Shown: positions 20,800 through 32,284 of the stretch, in pieces | Position numbering within the stretch: position 1 is the first letter of the stretch | Layout of the letters: each line of letters opens with the position of its first letter | Assembly: GCA_036918135.1 (NCBI GenBank) | Contig: JBALDB010000002.1 | Coordinates: 64,001-128,000, forward strand | Direction of reading: 5' to 3' | From: Nostoc sp. | GTDB taxonomy: Bacteria; Cyanobacteriota; Cyanobacteriia; Cyanobacteriales; Nostocaceae | DNA length: 64,000 bases | Notes under the pieces: generated by a model | The model's database searches: none | Told to the model about the DNA's origin: nothing | What the model saw: the letters and a program-made list of their open reading frames with translations, nothing else | Translations under genes and position numbers: made by a program

Positions 20800-23700
20800 A
20801 TGCGATTCAATGACCGGCTAATTAATTTACCTACTTTAAATCATGTTATTAATCGTACTCCATTAACGATTACCTCTAATAGTTATGTAGTCGAAGCTAT
20901 TGTCTTAATGACTCAGGAAAGATGTAATAACTATGCACCAACCAGCTTAGATAGGTCATTGGATTTAACCCTTGGAGGTAAATTATCAACTGATTATGTC
21001 TTGGTTATGGAGGGAGGATATTTATTAGGTATTTTTACAGAACAGGATGTAGTTAGACTTGTAGCTTCTGGAGTTGACTTATTCACAGTGACAATCGCCC
21101 AGGCGATCGGGCAGCCAGTTGTTACCTTAAGAGAATCAGATTGTCAGGATATTTTTATCGCCTTATCATTATTGCGTCAGCATCAAATTCACCATCTGCC
21201 GATTTTGGACGATGGTGGGCAAGTGGTAGGAGTCATCACTGAGACTAGCTTGCTACAAGCGTTTGACCTGGTAAAAATGGTTGGAGTTGTTGAAGGACTA
21301 CAGCAACCTTTACAAAAACCTACAGATGAATTCACGCAGGTTAATCGGCAAATTGAAATAGACCAAGTACGCTGCCAAACTCAAAATTACTTAAGACTTT
21401 GGTTTGAGGCACAATCTGCTGAAATCATCCAAGTTAATCATCAACTTCAGCACGCCCTAGAAGAATTTCGGACGGCACAAGAGGAACTGCGCCAACAAAA
21501 TGAAGAACTCCTCGCAGCTCGTGAGCTAGTAGAATTAGAGCGTTGGCGTTATCAGGATTTATTTGAGTTCGCTCCAGATGGTTATTTGGTAACTAATGCA
21601 GCAGGTATTATCCAAGAGGTTAACCATGCAGCAGCGATGTTGCTTGCTATGCCCCAAGAATTTTTGGTAAACAAACCATTAATTGTGTTTATTGCTCAGG
21701 AAGACTGCCAAACCTTTACTATCCGACTGAATAATTTGCAGCAGGTGCAGGAGTGGGAAACTTACCTAAAACCACGAAAAAAGAAACCTTTCCCGGCTAG
21801 CATCAAAATGGCTGCCATGTACGACTCAGAGGGCGAGCAGGTTGGCTGGCGCTGGTTAATTTGCAATATTAGCGAACGACAACAAGCAAAAGAAGCACTG
21901 CGCCAAGCTAACGATGAGTTAGAAATACGAGTAGCACAAAGGACAGCAGAACTTGTCTTATCGAACAGGTTGTTGCAACAAGAAATTAGTCAACGCCAAC
22001 GCGCCGAGGAGGCATTACGGCAAAGCGAAAACCTTTATCGCCAACTTGTGGAAAGCCAAACAGACATTATTATCCGCATTGATTTGCACGGAAAAATTAC
22101 CTTTGCCAATTTGGCTGCTTGTGAAACCTTTGGCTGGAGCCAAGATGAGTTTCGCGGTCAATCATCTTTCGAGTTTCTTCATCCAGATGACTTGCCACAA
22201 GTAATAGAAAATATAACAAATTTAGTATCTTCATCTTATTCCTTGACAACTGGCGAGCAACGTGCATTAACTGTCAAGGGTATCCGGTGGTTTCAATGGA
22301 AGAGTATCCCAATTAAAGATGAAAAAGGAGAGATTGTTGAAATTCAAGGAGTAGGAAGAGATATTACCGAACAGCAAGCTGCGCTGCGCGATCGCCAACT
22401 CGCTGAAGAATCACTACAAGAAAGTGAAGCGCGATTGAGTTTAGCTCTGGAAACTGCCCACATGGGCATCTGGGATCGGAATCTAATCACCGACACTGGT
22501 ATTTGGTCTGCCAATATGGGACTACTTTATGGTTTGTCCAGGGGTAGTCCATGTCCACCGTTTGAAGAGTACCTGAATTTAATCCATTCAGAAGACCGCG
22601 AATTTGTGGTTGCGAGTATAATTGGCATTTTTGAAGAAGGAATAGGAACCGTAGAGTATCGGGTTATCTGGCCTGATGGCAGCATACACTGGTTAAACTG
22701 CACATGTCAGGTCTACTATAACGAATTCGGCAAGCCGATACGGATGCTCGGTACAAACACAGATATCACTGAGCGCAAATTTAACGAACAAAAAATCTCC
22801 GAACAAGCCGCTCTACTTGATATTGCCACCGACGCTATATTAGTTCGAGATTTCCGGTTCCAAATTTTATTCTGGAATAAAAGCGCACAGCGGATCTACG
22901 GTTGGCTTGACACAGAGGTTATGGGAAAAGACTCTCGAGAGATTTTGTCCCCAGCAGGAACTAAACTGCAATTAGAAGCACCGCTCAAAAGCGTAATTGA
23001 AACTGGTTCTTGGCAAGGTGAGTTAAATAAAGTTACCAAATCCGGCAAGAAAATTGTCGTTGAAAGCCGCTGGACATTAATGCAAGATACCAACAGCCAA
23101 CCGAAATCTATCCTCTGTGTTGACACAGACATTACAGAAAAGAAACAACTCCAAGAGCAGTTTTTTCGCACCCAGCGATTGGAAAGTGTTGGTACCCTCG
23201 CAGGTGGTATTGCCCACGACTTGAATAATATATTGACGCCGATTTTAGCAGCCGCTCAATTGTCACAAGACAAATATTTCCAAAACGAGGAGCATTCTAA
23301 GCAGCTAATGGCACTTGTAGAAAGCAATGCCAAACGCGGAGCAACTTTAGTCAAGCAAGTTTTGTCCTTTGCACGAGGATTTAAAGGGGAGCATACAATT
23401 ATCCAAGTCAAGTATTTGATTTCAGAAATTATCCAAATTGCTAAGCAAACATTCCCCAAATCTATTGAATTTTCTACCGCGATTTCAGAAGACATTTTGG
23501 CTGTGACTGGAAATACCACACAAGTGCATCAAGTGCTGATGAATCTAGTAGTCAATGCCCGCGATGCTTTGCCAGATGGCGGCAATATCCAAATTTCTGC
23601 AACAAATCAGTTCATTGATGAAGCTTATACGAAAATGAATCTTGATGCCCAAGTTGGGAATTATATTGTGATTACTGTTGCCGATAATGGAATTGGGATA

Positions 23701-24291
23701 CCACCAGAAATATTAGATAAAATTTTTGAGCCATTTTTCACTACAAAAGACATAAATAGAGGTACTGGGCTAGGACTTTCAACTGCACTTGGGATCGTAA
23801 AAAGCCACGGCGGCTTTATCAAAGTGTCCACCCAAGTTCGTAAAGGCAGCACATTTCAAGTTTTCTTACCAGCAGTAGAAGCAACCCAAGTACTCAATGT
23901 AGAAGATTCACAAGCTTACCCAGGACAGGGAGAATTAGTTTTAGTTGTAGATGACGAAGCTGAAATTCGTGATATTGCAAAAATCATTCTCGAAAATCAC
24001 AATTACCAGATGCTTGCAGCCAGTAATGGCATTGAGGCGATCGCACTTTATGCCCAGCACAAACATCAAATTCAAGCTGTCTTGATGGATATCATGATGC
24101 CGGAAATGGACGGAATCACCGCTATTCGCACCTTACAAAAAATGAATAATCAGGTTCAAATCATTGCTTGTACTGGACTCAACTCAATCGAAACTTTTAC
24201 TCAAGCTGCTGAGGCTAACGTGCAAACAGTTTTATCAAAACCCTATACAGCCAGAGAATTATTGAAAAGTTTACACCAACTACTCAACTGA
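20800..24291 (+). CDS. Hybrid sensor histidine kinase (CBS-PAS x4-HisKA-HATPase-REC)
   Basis: CBS pair, several PAS/PAC repeats, H-box GIAHDLNN, GTGLGLS and REC (VVDDE, MDIMMP). Confidence 0.93.
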   Translation: MRFNDRLINLPTLNHVINRTPLTITSNSYVVEAIVLMTQERCNNYAPTSLDRSLDLTLGGKLSTDYVLVMEGGYLLGIFTEQDVVRLVASGVDLFTVTIAQAIGQPVVTLRESDCQDIFIALSLLRQHQIHHLPILDDGGQVVGVITETSLLQAFDLVKMVGVVEGLQQPLQKPTDEFTQVNRQIEIDQVRCQTQNYLRLWFEAQSAEIIQVNHQLQHALEEFRTAQEELRQQNEELLAARELVELERWRYQDLFEFAPDGYLVTNAAGIIQEVNHAAAMLLAMPQEFLVNKPLIVFIAQEDCQTFTIRLNNLQQVQEWETYLKPRKKKPFPASIKMAAMYDSEGEQVGWRWLICNISERQQAKEALRQANDELEIRVAQRTAELVLSNRLLQQEISQRQRAEEALRQSENLYRQLVESQTDIIIRIDLHGKITFANLAACETFGWSQDEFRGQSSFEFLHPDDLPQVIENITNLVSSSYSLTTGEQRALTVKGIRWFQWKSIPIKDEKGEIVEIQGVGRDITEQQAALRDRQLAEESLQESEARLSLALETAHMGIWDRNLITDTGIWSANMGLLYGLSRGSPCPPFEEYLNLIHSEDREFVVASIIGIFEEGIGTVEYRVIWPDGSIHWLNCTCQVYYNEFGKPIRMLGTNTDITERKFNEQKISEQAALLDIATDAILVRDFRFQILFWNKSAQRIYGWLDTEVMGKDSREILSPAGTKLQLEAPLKSVIETGSWQGELNKVTKSGKKIVVESRWTLMQDTNSQPKSILCVDTDITEKKQLQEQFFRTQRLESVGTLAGGIAHDLNNILTPILAAAQLSQDKYFQNEEHSKQLMALVESNAKRGATLVKQVLSFARGFKGEHTIIQVKYLISEIIQIAKQTFPKSIEFSTAISEDILAVTGNTTQVHQVLMNLVVNARDALPDGGNIQISATNQFIDEAYTKMNLDAQVGNYIVITVADNGIGIPPEILDKIFEPFFTTKDINRGTGLGLSTALGIVKSHGGFIKVSTQVRKGSTFQVFLPAVEATQVLNVEDSQAYPGQGELVLVVDDEAEIRDIAKIILENHNYQMLAASNGIEAIALYAQHKHQIQAVLMDIMMPEMDGITAIRTLQKMNNQVQIIACTGLNSIETFTQAAEANVQTVLSKPYTARELLKSLHQLLN

Positions 24292-24302
24292 CAATTGAAC
24301 CA

Positions 24303-24398
24303 TATAGTAGTCTTAAATCATTTGTGAAAAACTATAAATAACTAATAACTAAATGACAGCCATAACCAAAAATTTCACAATTTCATTCAGGATTGCTA
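24303..24398. mobile_element. MITE-like element family B
   Basis: TAGTAGTCTTAAATCATTTGTGAAA ... TTTCACAATTTCATTCAGGATTGCTA imperfect TIRs. Related ends at 44816-44916 and about 8550-8568. Confidence 0.55.
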
Positions 24399-24430
24399 AG
24401 TAGTGTATTATGCCTGACTAAGAACTTAAT

Positions 24431-24523
24431 TATAGCAGGAGGCAGGAGGCAGGAGGTAAAACTATTACTATTCCTAGCATTCATGCTTATCATCTTGTCC
24501 TAAAGGGTGTGACTACAGCTATA
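24431..24523 (+). mobile_element. MITE-like element family A, copy 2
   Basis: TATAGCAGGAGGCAG...GTAAAACTATTACT...GTCCTAAAGGGTGTGACTACAGCTATA. Confidence 0.75.
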
Positions 24524-24776
24524 CAATCTAGAATAATCTGTCTTTCCAGCTAATTTAACCAAATTGGTAGTTTTTTGCGAAAAAAGACTTGTACTTCTAG
24601 ATTCTATAAGTTTGAGTTTCAACTGAATATTTCAGCCCATAGCTAGAAGCATGGATTTTTGCCTTTATCTACCATCAAAATAAGAATGTACCTCTCAGAA
24701 CACTCGTTAAGTAAAATTACAGATGTTGAGGAGAAAAGAATGAGGTTCTGAACTAATTAGATATCTGGAATTCGTC

Positions 24777-27185
24777 ATGTATGAATTATTTGAAGGTGTC
24801 TTGAACAGTGATGAAAAAACTGTTCTGCGTGAGTTAATTGATGTATTAAATCTCTCAGGCAAACGTTACTTTCTGAGAAATGAAATTTTGCAGACTTTTG
24901 CCGACTGCTGTCAGCAATTCCAAAAGCCAGCTTACTTTTATCACTCTTCTTCTATTGGGAAACTCATAGATTATACCCATGAAATAATTCTGGAGGAGGA
25001 GTGTAGTTGGTTTATTGTTCGACCCAGGATTGCTAGTCAGGAAGTTTGGCAATTGAGAGCTGATAGTAGCTTTGAGCAGATGACGCCCCAAGCATTGCTA
25101 GATGCAAGGGATCGCTTGGTGAAACGCTACCAAAATCACATCCTGGAAATCGACCTCCACCCCTTTTACGAAGGTTCCCCCAGAATCGACGACCCCAGAA
25201 ATATTGGTCAAGGTTTAGCTTTCCTCAACCGTTACCTGTCGAATCAATTATTAACTGACCCCCAATACTGGCTAGAACTTTTGTATCTAGCTTTAAGTAA
25301 AATTGATTACGAAGGAATTCATTTGTTAATTGGCGATCGCATTACCTCAGGTATCCAGCTAGCCAAACAACTGAAGCCAGCCCTGCAATTCCTCAGTCAG
25401 CAATCCCCTGAGGAACCCTACGAAAAATTTTCCTCTCACCTCCAACAACTCGGCTTTGAACCGGGTTGGGGTAACACTGCGGCGCGAGTCCGTGAAACTT
25501 TAGAACTTTTTGAGCAACTCATTTACTCTCCACAACCAGCTATTTTAGAAACATTTGTCGCCCGTGTGCCCGCGGTATTTCGCGTAGTCCTGATTTCCAT
25601 ACATGGCTGGGTTGGACAAGAAGATGTCTTGGGAAGAGATGAAACACTCGGCCAAGTTGCTTACGTTCTCGAACAAGCCCGCAGTTTAGAAAATAAACTC
25701 CGTGAAGAAATTAAACTCGCTGGCCTCGACTTACTGGCGATTAAACCCCATGTAATTATTCTCACCCGACTAATTCCTAACTGTGAAGGGACATTTTGTA
25801 ACCTGCGCCTAGAAAAAGTTCAAGATACTGAAAATGCTTGGATTTTGCGGGTTCCTTTTGCTGAATTTAATCCCGAAATTACCAATAACTGGATTTCTAA
25901 ATTTGAGATTTGGCCATATTTAGAAACATTTGCTTTAGATGCTCAAACAGAATTGCTAGCCCAATTCAAAGGCAAACCTAATCTAATCGTTGGTAATTAC
26001 AGCGACGGTAACTTAGTGGCTTTTCTCCTATCTCGGAGTCTCCAAGTTACCCAATGCAACATCGCTCATTCCTTAGAAAAACCTAAATATCTATTTAGTA
26101 ATTTATATTGGCAAGATTTAGAAGAACAATACCACTTTTCCGCCCAATTTACCGCCGATTTGATTAGCATGAATGCAGCTGATTTTATCATCACATCATC
26201 TTATCAAGAAATTGTCGGCACACCCGATACCATAGGTCAGTATGAGTCATACAAGTGGTTTACTATGCCACAACTTTATCATGTAGTTGACGGAATTGAT
26301 TTGTTTAGTCCTAAATTCAACTTTGTACCGCCGGGAGTAAATGAAAACATCTTCTTTCCCTACAGCCATAAATCAGAGCGAGATGCTCAGCTTTGTACAC
26401 AAATTCAGTCACTACTCTTTAGTTCTGAAGACACCCAAATCTTTGGTCGCTTAGATAACTCTAAAAAGCGACCAATCTTTGCCATTGGGACTTTCAGCAC
26501 AATTAAAAACCTTAGCGGTTTGGTTGAATGCTTCGCTAAAAATCAAGCGTTGCAAGAACATTGCAACTTGATTATCTTAACAAGTAAACTGCATCCCCAT
26601 GAAGCTATCAACCCAGAAGAAGCAGGAGAAATCGAAAAACTCCACGACATTATTAAGCAATATCATCTCCACGGTAAGATTCGTTGGTTAGGAATGCGTC
26701 TCTCTAGCCGCGACCTTGGTGAAGCCTACCGAGTAATTGCAGATTCTCAAGGAATTTATGTCCACTTTGCCCGTTTTGAATCCTTCGGGAGGTCTATTTT
26801 GGAAGCGATGATTTCTGGCTTACCAACTTTTGCCACTCAATTTGGTGGGTCTTTAGAAATTATTAAAAACCAAGAAGATAGATTTAATATTAATCCTACA
26901 GACTTAGAAGGAACAGCAAAAAAAATTCTAGACTTCCTTGAAGAATGTGATACTCACCCTCAATACTGGCAGGAAGTTTCAGAATGGATGACTGAGCGAA
27001 TTCATCATAGATACAATTGGCATTTACATACTAATCAATTATTACTGCTGACGAAAATATTTAGTTTTTGGAACTTTATTGCTCCAGAAAATAACGAAGC
27101 CAGAGATCGTTACATGGAAGCGTTATTTCATTTGCTCTATAAACCTAGAGCCGAAAAGATTTTAGAAAAACATCTGGGTGAGTAG
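24777..27185 (+). CDS. Sucrose synthase (SusB-like)
   Basis: GFEPGWGNTA, QARSLE, GNYSDGN, NIAHSLEKPKY, ADFIITSSYQEI and SPKFNFVPPG motifs. Confidence 0.92.
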   Translation: MYELFEGVLNSDEKTVLRELIDVLNLSGKRYFLRNEILQTFADCCQQFQKPAYFYHSSSIGKLIDYTHEIILEEECSWFIVRPRIASQEVWQLRADSSFEQMTPQALLDARDRLVKRYQNHILEIDLHPFYEGSPRIDDPRNIGQGLAFLNRYLSNQLLTDPQYWLELLYLALSKIDYEGIHLLIGDRITSGIQLAKQLKPALQFLSQQSPEEPYEKFSSHLQQLGFEPGWGNTAARVRETLELFEQLIYSPQPAILETFVARVPAVFRVVLISIHGWVGQEDVLGRDETLGQVAYVLEQARSLENKLREEIKLAGLDLLAIKPHVIILTRLIPNCEGTFCNLRLEKVQDTENAWILRVPFAEFNPEITNNWISKFEIWPYLETFALDAQTELLAQFKGKPNLIVGNYSDGNLVAFLLSRSLQVTQCNIAHSLEKPKYLFSNLYWQDLEEQYHFSAQFTADLISMNAADFIITSSYQEIVGTPDTIGQYESYKWFTMPQLYHVVDGIDLFSPKFNFVPPGVNENIFFPYSHKSERDAQLCTQIQSLLFSSEDTQIFGRLDNSKKRPIFAIGTFSTIKNLSGLVECFAKNQALQEHCNLIILTSKLHPHEAINPEEAGEIEKLHDIIKQYHLHGKIRWLGMRLSSRDLGEAYRVIADSQGIYVHFARFESFGRSILEAMISGLPTFATQFGGSLEIIKNQEDRFNINPTDLEGTAKKILDFLEECDTHPQYWQEVSEWMTERIHHRYNWHLHTNQLLLLTKIFSFWNFIAPENNEARDRYMEALFHLLYKPRAEKILEKHLGE

Positions 27186-27295
27186 GGAGTGCCCAGTGCT
27201 GAGTCAGGAACCTCGCCAAAAACGTTTTTGTTAGCTGAGGTTAAAAGTTATTCTTCCCCTTCCCTGCCCAATGACCACTTTCAACAGATTGAATA

Positions 27296-30274
27296 ATGGA
27301 AACAAAAGGTCGTTCTCGCCATTTTCTTTATACAGACTGGACATTAACCGAAACTCAGTTTGACCCTGACCAATTGCACTCCAAAGAAACCGTCTTTACA
27401 ATCGGCAATGGATACCTGGGAATAAAGGGCAGTTTTGAGGAAGGTTATCCTCATGCATTACCGGCTACTTTTATTCACGGTGTCTATGATGATGTGCCGG
27501 TGATGTACACCGAACTAGTTAATTGCCCTGATTGCTTACCTTTGGTAGTGGTTGTGGATGGCGATCGCTTTCGTCTCGATCGAGGCGAGATATTGCGGTA
27601 TGAGCGAAAGCTTAACCTACGTCAGGGACTTCTATGTCGTTCTTTGCGTTGGCGTTCTCCCAGTGGGAAAACCATAGACATCTACTTTGAACGCTTTGCT
27701 AGTTTTGCTGACCAACATGTGTTAGGACAACGCTGTCAGTTAACGCCAGTAGATTTTGATGGATTAATTGAAGTTCAGGGAAGTATTAACGGATATATAG
27801 AAAATCAGGGTTTTAATCACTGGGAAGGACTAGATCAAGGCAAGACTGACGAAGGAATTTGGTTACAAGGCCGCACCCGCAACTCCGAAATTGAACTAGG
27901 TATGGCAGCTAAGATGAGAATATCGGGGACGGAAGCATCCTTGCAAGTCAATACCACACCTGGTTATCCCACCCTCAGTGCCACCTTCCCGGCTAAAGCG
28001 CAACAAACCGTAACAGTAGAAAAACTGGTGAGTGTTTTCACTTCGCGGGAGATTGAAACACCAGTCCCAGCAGCTCAAGAAAAACTCGCGTACTTATCAG
28101 ACTACGCAACACTACTAAAAGCCAATGAGCAGGCATGGGATAAGGTTTGGCAGCAAAGCGATATCCTGATTGAAGGAGATACCACAGCGGCTTTTGCGGT
28201 TCGCTACAATCTGTTTCAGCTGTTGATTGCTGGGCCAGGGCATGATGACAGAGTAAGCATTCCGGCGAAAACTCTTTCGGGGTTTGGCTACCGCGGTCAT
28301 ATTTTTTGGGATACAGAAATTTTTATGCTGCCGTTTTTTGTGTTTACCCAACCTGCGATCGCCCGAAATTTACTGAGTTACCGCTGGCACACATTACCGG
28401 GAGCTAGACGCAAAGCTGCTCATTACGGGTATAAAGGAGCAATGTTTTCTTGGGAAAGTGCTGCTACCGGCGATGAAGTAACACCACGTTGGTCACTGCC
28501 GACTGATTTTTATGGTGAAGACGTGCGGATTTGGTGTCGCGATCGGGAAATTCATATCAACGCAGATATCCCCTACGCAGTCTGGAACTACTGGCAAGCC
28601 ACAGGCGATGATGAATGGATGCAAAAATACGGTGCAGAGATGATTTTGGATGCTGCCATCTTTTGGGGTAGCCGCGTAGAATTCAATCCTGAGCGCCAAA
28701 AGTATGAAATTCGGGGAGTAATCGGAACGGATGAATACCATGAATTCGTCCACAATAATATTTTTACAAACCGCATGGCACAATGGCATTTGGAAAAAGC
28801 GATCGCAGTTTGTAATTGGTTGGCTGATAAATACCCACAACGAGCCAGAGAATTAGCAGAGAAACTACAACTCACTTCAGAACAGCAAAATTACTGGCAA
28901 GACATCATCGCCAAAATCTTGTTGTTTTACGACCCATCAACAGAATTAATCGAGCAGTGCGAAGGATTTTTTGAATTAGAAGATATTAATTTAGCAGATT
29001 ACGAAGGGCGCGATCGCTCCATGCAAGCCATCTTGGGTATCGAGAAAACCAATAAATATCAAGTACTCAAACAGCCAGATGTATTAATGCTGCTTTATCT
29101 AATGCGAGAATCAACAGATTTTCCCTATAGCGAAAAAGCATTGCAGACAAACTGGGATTACTACGCACCTCGCACTGATATCACCTATGGTTCCTCCCTC
29201 GGCCCAGCAGTTCACGCCATCTCAGCTTCAAATTTGAATCTATCCGCAGAAGCTTACAAACTGTTCATGCATGGAGCAATGGTGGATCTTGAAGATAACC
29301 GGGGAAACACCAGCGATGGAATTCACGGCGCCACTGCTGGCGGCGTTTGGCAAGCTGTAATTTTTGGCTTTGGTGGTATCCAATTCACCGAAAATCGCCC
29401 TGTAGCTAACCCCCATCTACCAGCTAACTGGACACGCTTGAAGTTTAAACTGCACTGGCAAGGGTTATGGTACGACTTTGATTTACATGGAGGAGTGGAC
29501 ATGGGGCACGAGGCATCGAAAGATGAGGGAGACAAGGGGACAAGGAGAATAACTCCTTACTCAACAACCAACAATCAACAATCAACAGTCAGCACTCCCA
29601 ATCCCAACATCCAAGGAGTCATCTTCGATTTAGATGGTGTACTGACAGATACAGCAGAACTTCATTATCTAGCTTGGCAGAAGCTAGCAGATCGAGAGGG
29701 TATACCGTTTAATCGGATGGCTAATGAAGCACTGCGGGGTGTATCTCGTCGTGCTTCGCTATTGTTGATTATTGGGAATAGACCCTATTCAGAAGAACAA
29801 ATCCAAGAGATGATGGAGCGCAAAAACCGCTACTATATGGAATTGCTCAAACATATGACATCTAAGGATTTGTTACCAGGAGCGATCGCGCTTTTAGATG
29901 AACTGCGGCAAGCTAGGATTAAAATAGCCATTGGTTCAGCCAGCAAAAATGCCCGCACAGTAATCGAGCGATTGGGTATTGCTGATAAAGTAGATGCGAT
30001 CGCTGATGGTTATAGCGTACAGCAACCCAAGCCAGCACCAGATTTATTTCTCTATGCAGCCAAGGAGCTAGGAATCGAACCAGCCCAATCTGTAGTTGTG
30101 GAAGATGCCGCCGCAGGTGTTGAGGCGGCTTTAGCTGCTGGGATGTGGGCAGTAGGTATTGGCCCAGTTGAACGAGTTGGAGCCGCTCATGTTATTTTGC
30201 CCAGCTTAGCAGGGGTCGAATGGGCAGATCTACGAAGTCAATTACAGAACTCCAAAAAATCGGTGAGGCACTAA
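27296..30274 (+). CDS. GH65 glycoside phosphorylase fused to beta-phosphoglucomutase (HAD)
   Basis: ETVFTIGNGYLG, GHIFWDTE and KQPDV (GH65); C-terminal FDLDGVLTDTA, KPAPDLF and VEDA (beta-PGM). Confidence 0.92.
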   Translation: METKGRSRHFLYTDWTLTETQFDPDQLHSKETVFTIGNGYLGIKGSFEEGYPHALPATFIHGVYDDVPVMYTELVNCPDCLPLVVVVDGDRFRLDRGEILRYERKLNLRQGLLCRSLRWRSPSGKTIDIYFERFASFADQHVLGQRCQLTPVDFDGLIEVQGSINGYIENQGFNHWEGLDQGKTDEGIWLQGRTRNSEIELGMAAKMRISGTEASLQVNTTPGYPTLSATFPAKAQQTVTVEKLVSVFTSREIETPVPAAQEKLAYLSDYATLLKANEQAWDKVWQQSDILIEGDTTAAFAVRYNLFQLLIAGPGHDDRVSIPAKTLSGFGYRGHIFWDTEIFMLPFFVFTQPAIARNLLSYRWHTLPGARRKAAHYGYKGAMFSWESAATGDEVTPRWSLPTDFYGEDVRIWCRDREIHINADIPYAVWNYWQATGDDEWMQKYGAEMILDAAIFWGSRVEFNPERQKYEIRGVIGTDEYHEFVHNNIFTNRMAQWHLEKAIAVCNWLADKYPQRARELAEKLQLTSEQQNYWQDIIAKILLFYDPSTELIEQCEGFFELEDINLADYEGRDRSMQAILGIEKTNKYQVLKQPDVLMLLYLMRESTDFPYSEKALQTNWDYYAPRTDITYGSSLGPAVHAISASNLNLSAEAYKLFMHGAMVDLEDNRGNTSDGIHGATAGGVWQAVIFGFGGIQFTENRPVANPHLPANWTRLKFKLHWQGLWYDFDLHGGVDMGHEASKDEGDKGTRRITPYSTTNNQQSTVSTPNPNIQGVIFDLDGVLTDTAELHYLAWQKLADREGIPFNRMANEALRGVSRRASLLLIIGNRPYSEEQIQEMMERKNRYYMELLKHMTSKDLLPGAIALLDELRQARIKIAIGSASKNARTVIERLGIADKVDAIADGYSVQQPKPAPDLFLYAAKELGIEPAQSVVVEDAAAGVEAALAAGMWAVGIGPVERVGAAHVILPSLAGVEWADLRSQLQNSKKSVRH

Positions 30275-30299
30275 TTGATATCTTTATTCTCCAACGCCA

Positions 30300-32132
30300 T
30301 TAGAAAGTGAAGGTAGTACGAAGTACACCTACGGTAGTTGTATCGTTGTTGCTATTGCTTTCAGGATTAAAAAGAACAAATGCACCCGGAGTAATGCTGA
30401 TATTATCGTTGACCCGAAAGCGGTAGTAAGCTTCTAAATGGTACGGAACAGCCCTGTTTTCACCCGCAGCTGCTAGGGTAGCCGCACCACCGGCATCAGT
30501 GCGATATAGTGGCTGACCAAAAATGATGCCGGCATTGTTCCCTTTTCGGAATAAATCGTTGAAATGAACACCCGCCATCCAACTAGTGAAGGTAGTAGAA
30601 GCATCGACTGTCTCAGAAGAATCATCAACAAAAAATGCCGCGCCATAACCAGATAAAGCAATGTTCGGAGAAAATCGCCAAGTAAATGTTCCACCAACAG
30701 AGTTAAGTTTTAGAGGTGTTGCTAAATCAACTCCTGCTAAAGCACCAATATCACTACTAGTTAATCCTGTAGCAAGAATGTTTATACTGTGATAGCTGTT
30801 GGCATAGTTGAGACCAATATCGATAGAACTGCTTGGTCTAAAAGTTAATTGAGCTGCTATGACGCTACTACCCCCAAATACACCTGCCCCCAATGGTGTA
30901 TCTGCTGTTTGCGCTGGTAAATTGGCGTTGACGCTGCCATACAAAGCTCTCAAATCGAGTTGCTTGGAAATATTAAAAATAAAGCCAGCAGCAGATGCTA
31001 AACCAGAACCAGAAGTACCACCAGAAATACGCACTACAGGGTTCAAACTCGCAAAGCGAGAAATCGCCTCTTGTCCTTCACCGTAAAAAGGAGTAATTGC
31101 AGGAAAAGCATCTGACACTTCCGCAGCAGTCCCAGCAAATAATGTGAGTTTATCAGCAACAGGAAAGATGTAAAGCAGTTTGTAAAGCTGAATAGAGTTG
31201 GCACCAATTGTTGTTAACGTTTTAGGATCGACTCCAGGAAATTGAGGTTCAAAACTAGTACGAGCGCTACTAGAACTGAGGATTGGTGATGCTAATCCCA
31301 AACTCTCTTGAAGGCTACCACTTCCATCTACGCCACCCAAGAAATTATATGCTTGCAACCCAGTAATCAGTGAGTCTTTACCGGTGAAACTGGTAGTAAG
31401 ATTTAACCGGACTCGGTTTGTCAAGATGATATTGGGGTCATCCACATCTGGAGCGCCTCCGGTTGCACCAATAGCTGCAATAATTACTTCACCATTGAGT
31501 TTGGTAGTTGTAGAAAACTGATTTGCCTCTAATTCACTGGTGCGAGCTTCCAGAGCATCTACTCGACCTCGCAGTGTAGCTAATTCCGCAGAAAATTCTT
31601 CTTGCAGTTTTTGCAAGGTGGCTAAATCTTGCTTTGTTACCAAATCACTAGTTGCAGTGGCAATTAGCTCGTTAACCCGATCTAAACACGCATTCAAACC
31701 AGCAGCAAATTCATAACGAGTCAGCGCACGGTTCCCCCGATATGTGCTGTTTGGATAGCCAGCAATACAACCATAGCGCTCGACTAGAGATTGTAATGCC
31801 GCAAAAGCCCAATCTGTAGGTTGGACATCTGACAATTGCGATACGGATGTTACTTGTGCTAACCGTATTCCAACAGAGGGACGTGAAAATTTTGAAGTAG
31901 TTTGCAAAGAATCACTAGAGGAAGGTAGCGTCAATGCAGCACTTTTATAATCATCATTACTTGTTTTATAACTAGCTTCATTTAGCAAATTAGCTGCTTT
32001 TTCCGAAAAATTTTGAGTTTGAGTATTATCTGCACCTGGTTCAATTGCTCCTATCGCTAGTACAGGTGACCATCCGAAAAGTAAGCATAAAAAACTTACT
32101 CCACTAACAGAAGCTAGGAAATTAACTTTCAC
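30300..32132 (-). CDS. Cyanobacterial SLH-domain porin (iron-uptake/carbohydrate porin family)
   Basis: QVTSVSQLSDVQPTDWAF, TRYEFAAGLNAC, QFSTTTKL and C-terminal LRTTFTF. Confidence 0.93.
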   Translation of the reverse strand: MKVNFLASVSGVSFLCLLFGWSPVLAIGAIEPGADNTQTQNFSEKAANLLNEASYKTSNDDYKSAALTLPSSSDSLQTTSKFSRPSVGIRLAQVTSVSQLSDVQPTDWAFAALQSLVERYGCIAGYPNSTYRGNRALTRYEFAAGLNACLDRVNELIATATSDLVTKQDLATLQKLQEEFSAELATLRGRVDALEARTSELEANQFSTTTKLNGEVIIAAIGATGGAPDVDDPNIILTNRVRLNLTTSFTGKDSLITGLQAYNFLGGVDGSGSLQESLGLASPILSSSSARTSFEPQFPGVDPKTLTTIGANSIQLYKLLYIFPVADKLTLFAGTAAEVSDAFPAITPFYGEGQEAISRFASLNPVVRISGGTSGSGLASAAGFIFNISKQLDLRALYGSVNANLPAQTADTPLGAGVFGGSSVIAAQLTFRPSSSIDIGLNYANSYHSINILATGLTSSDIGALAGVDLATPLKLNSVGGTFTWRFSPNIALSGYGAAFFVDDSSETVDASTTFTSWMAGVHFNDLFRKGNNAGIIFGQPLYRTDAGGAATLAAAGENRAVPYHLEAYYRFRVNDNISITPGAFVLFNPESNSNNDTTTVGVLRTTFTF

Positions 32133-32284
32133 GATGTCTCCTCACAACTAAGCTAGATATATTTCAAAAAATTTGTTTGAAACATTAAATATTCTTTATT
32201 TATTAAAATATATTTGTGTCATATCAAAGTATTTTTAAATTATTAAATATCCTAATAAGTTGTATACCGATTGATAATTTGGCT

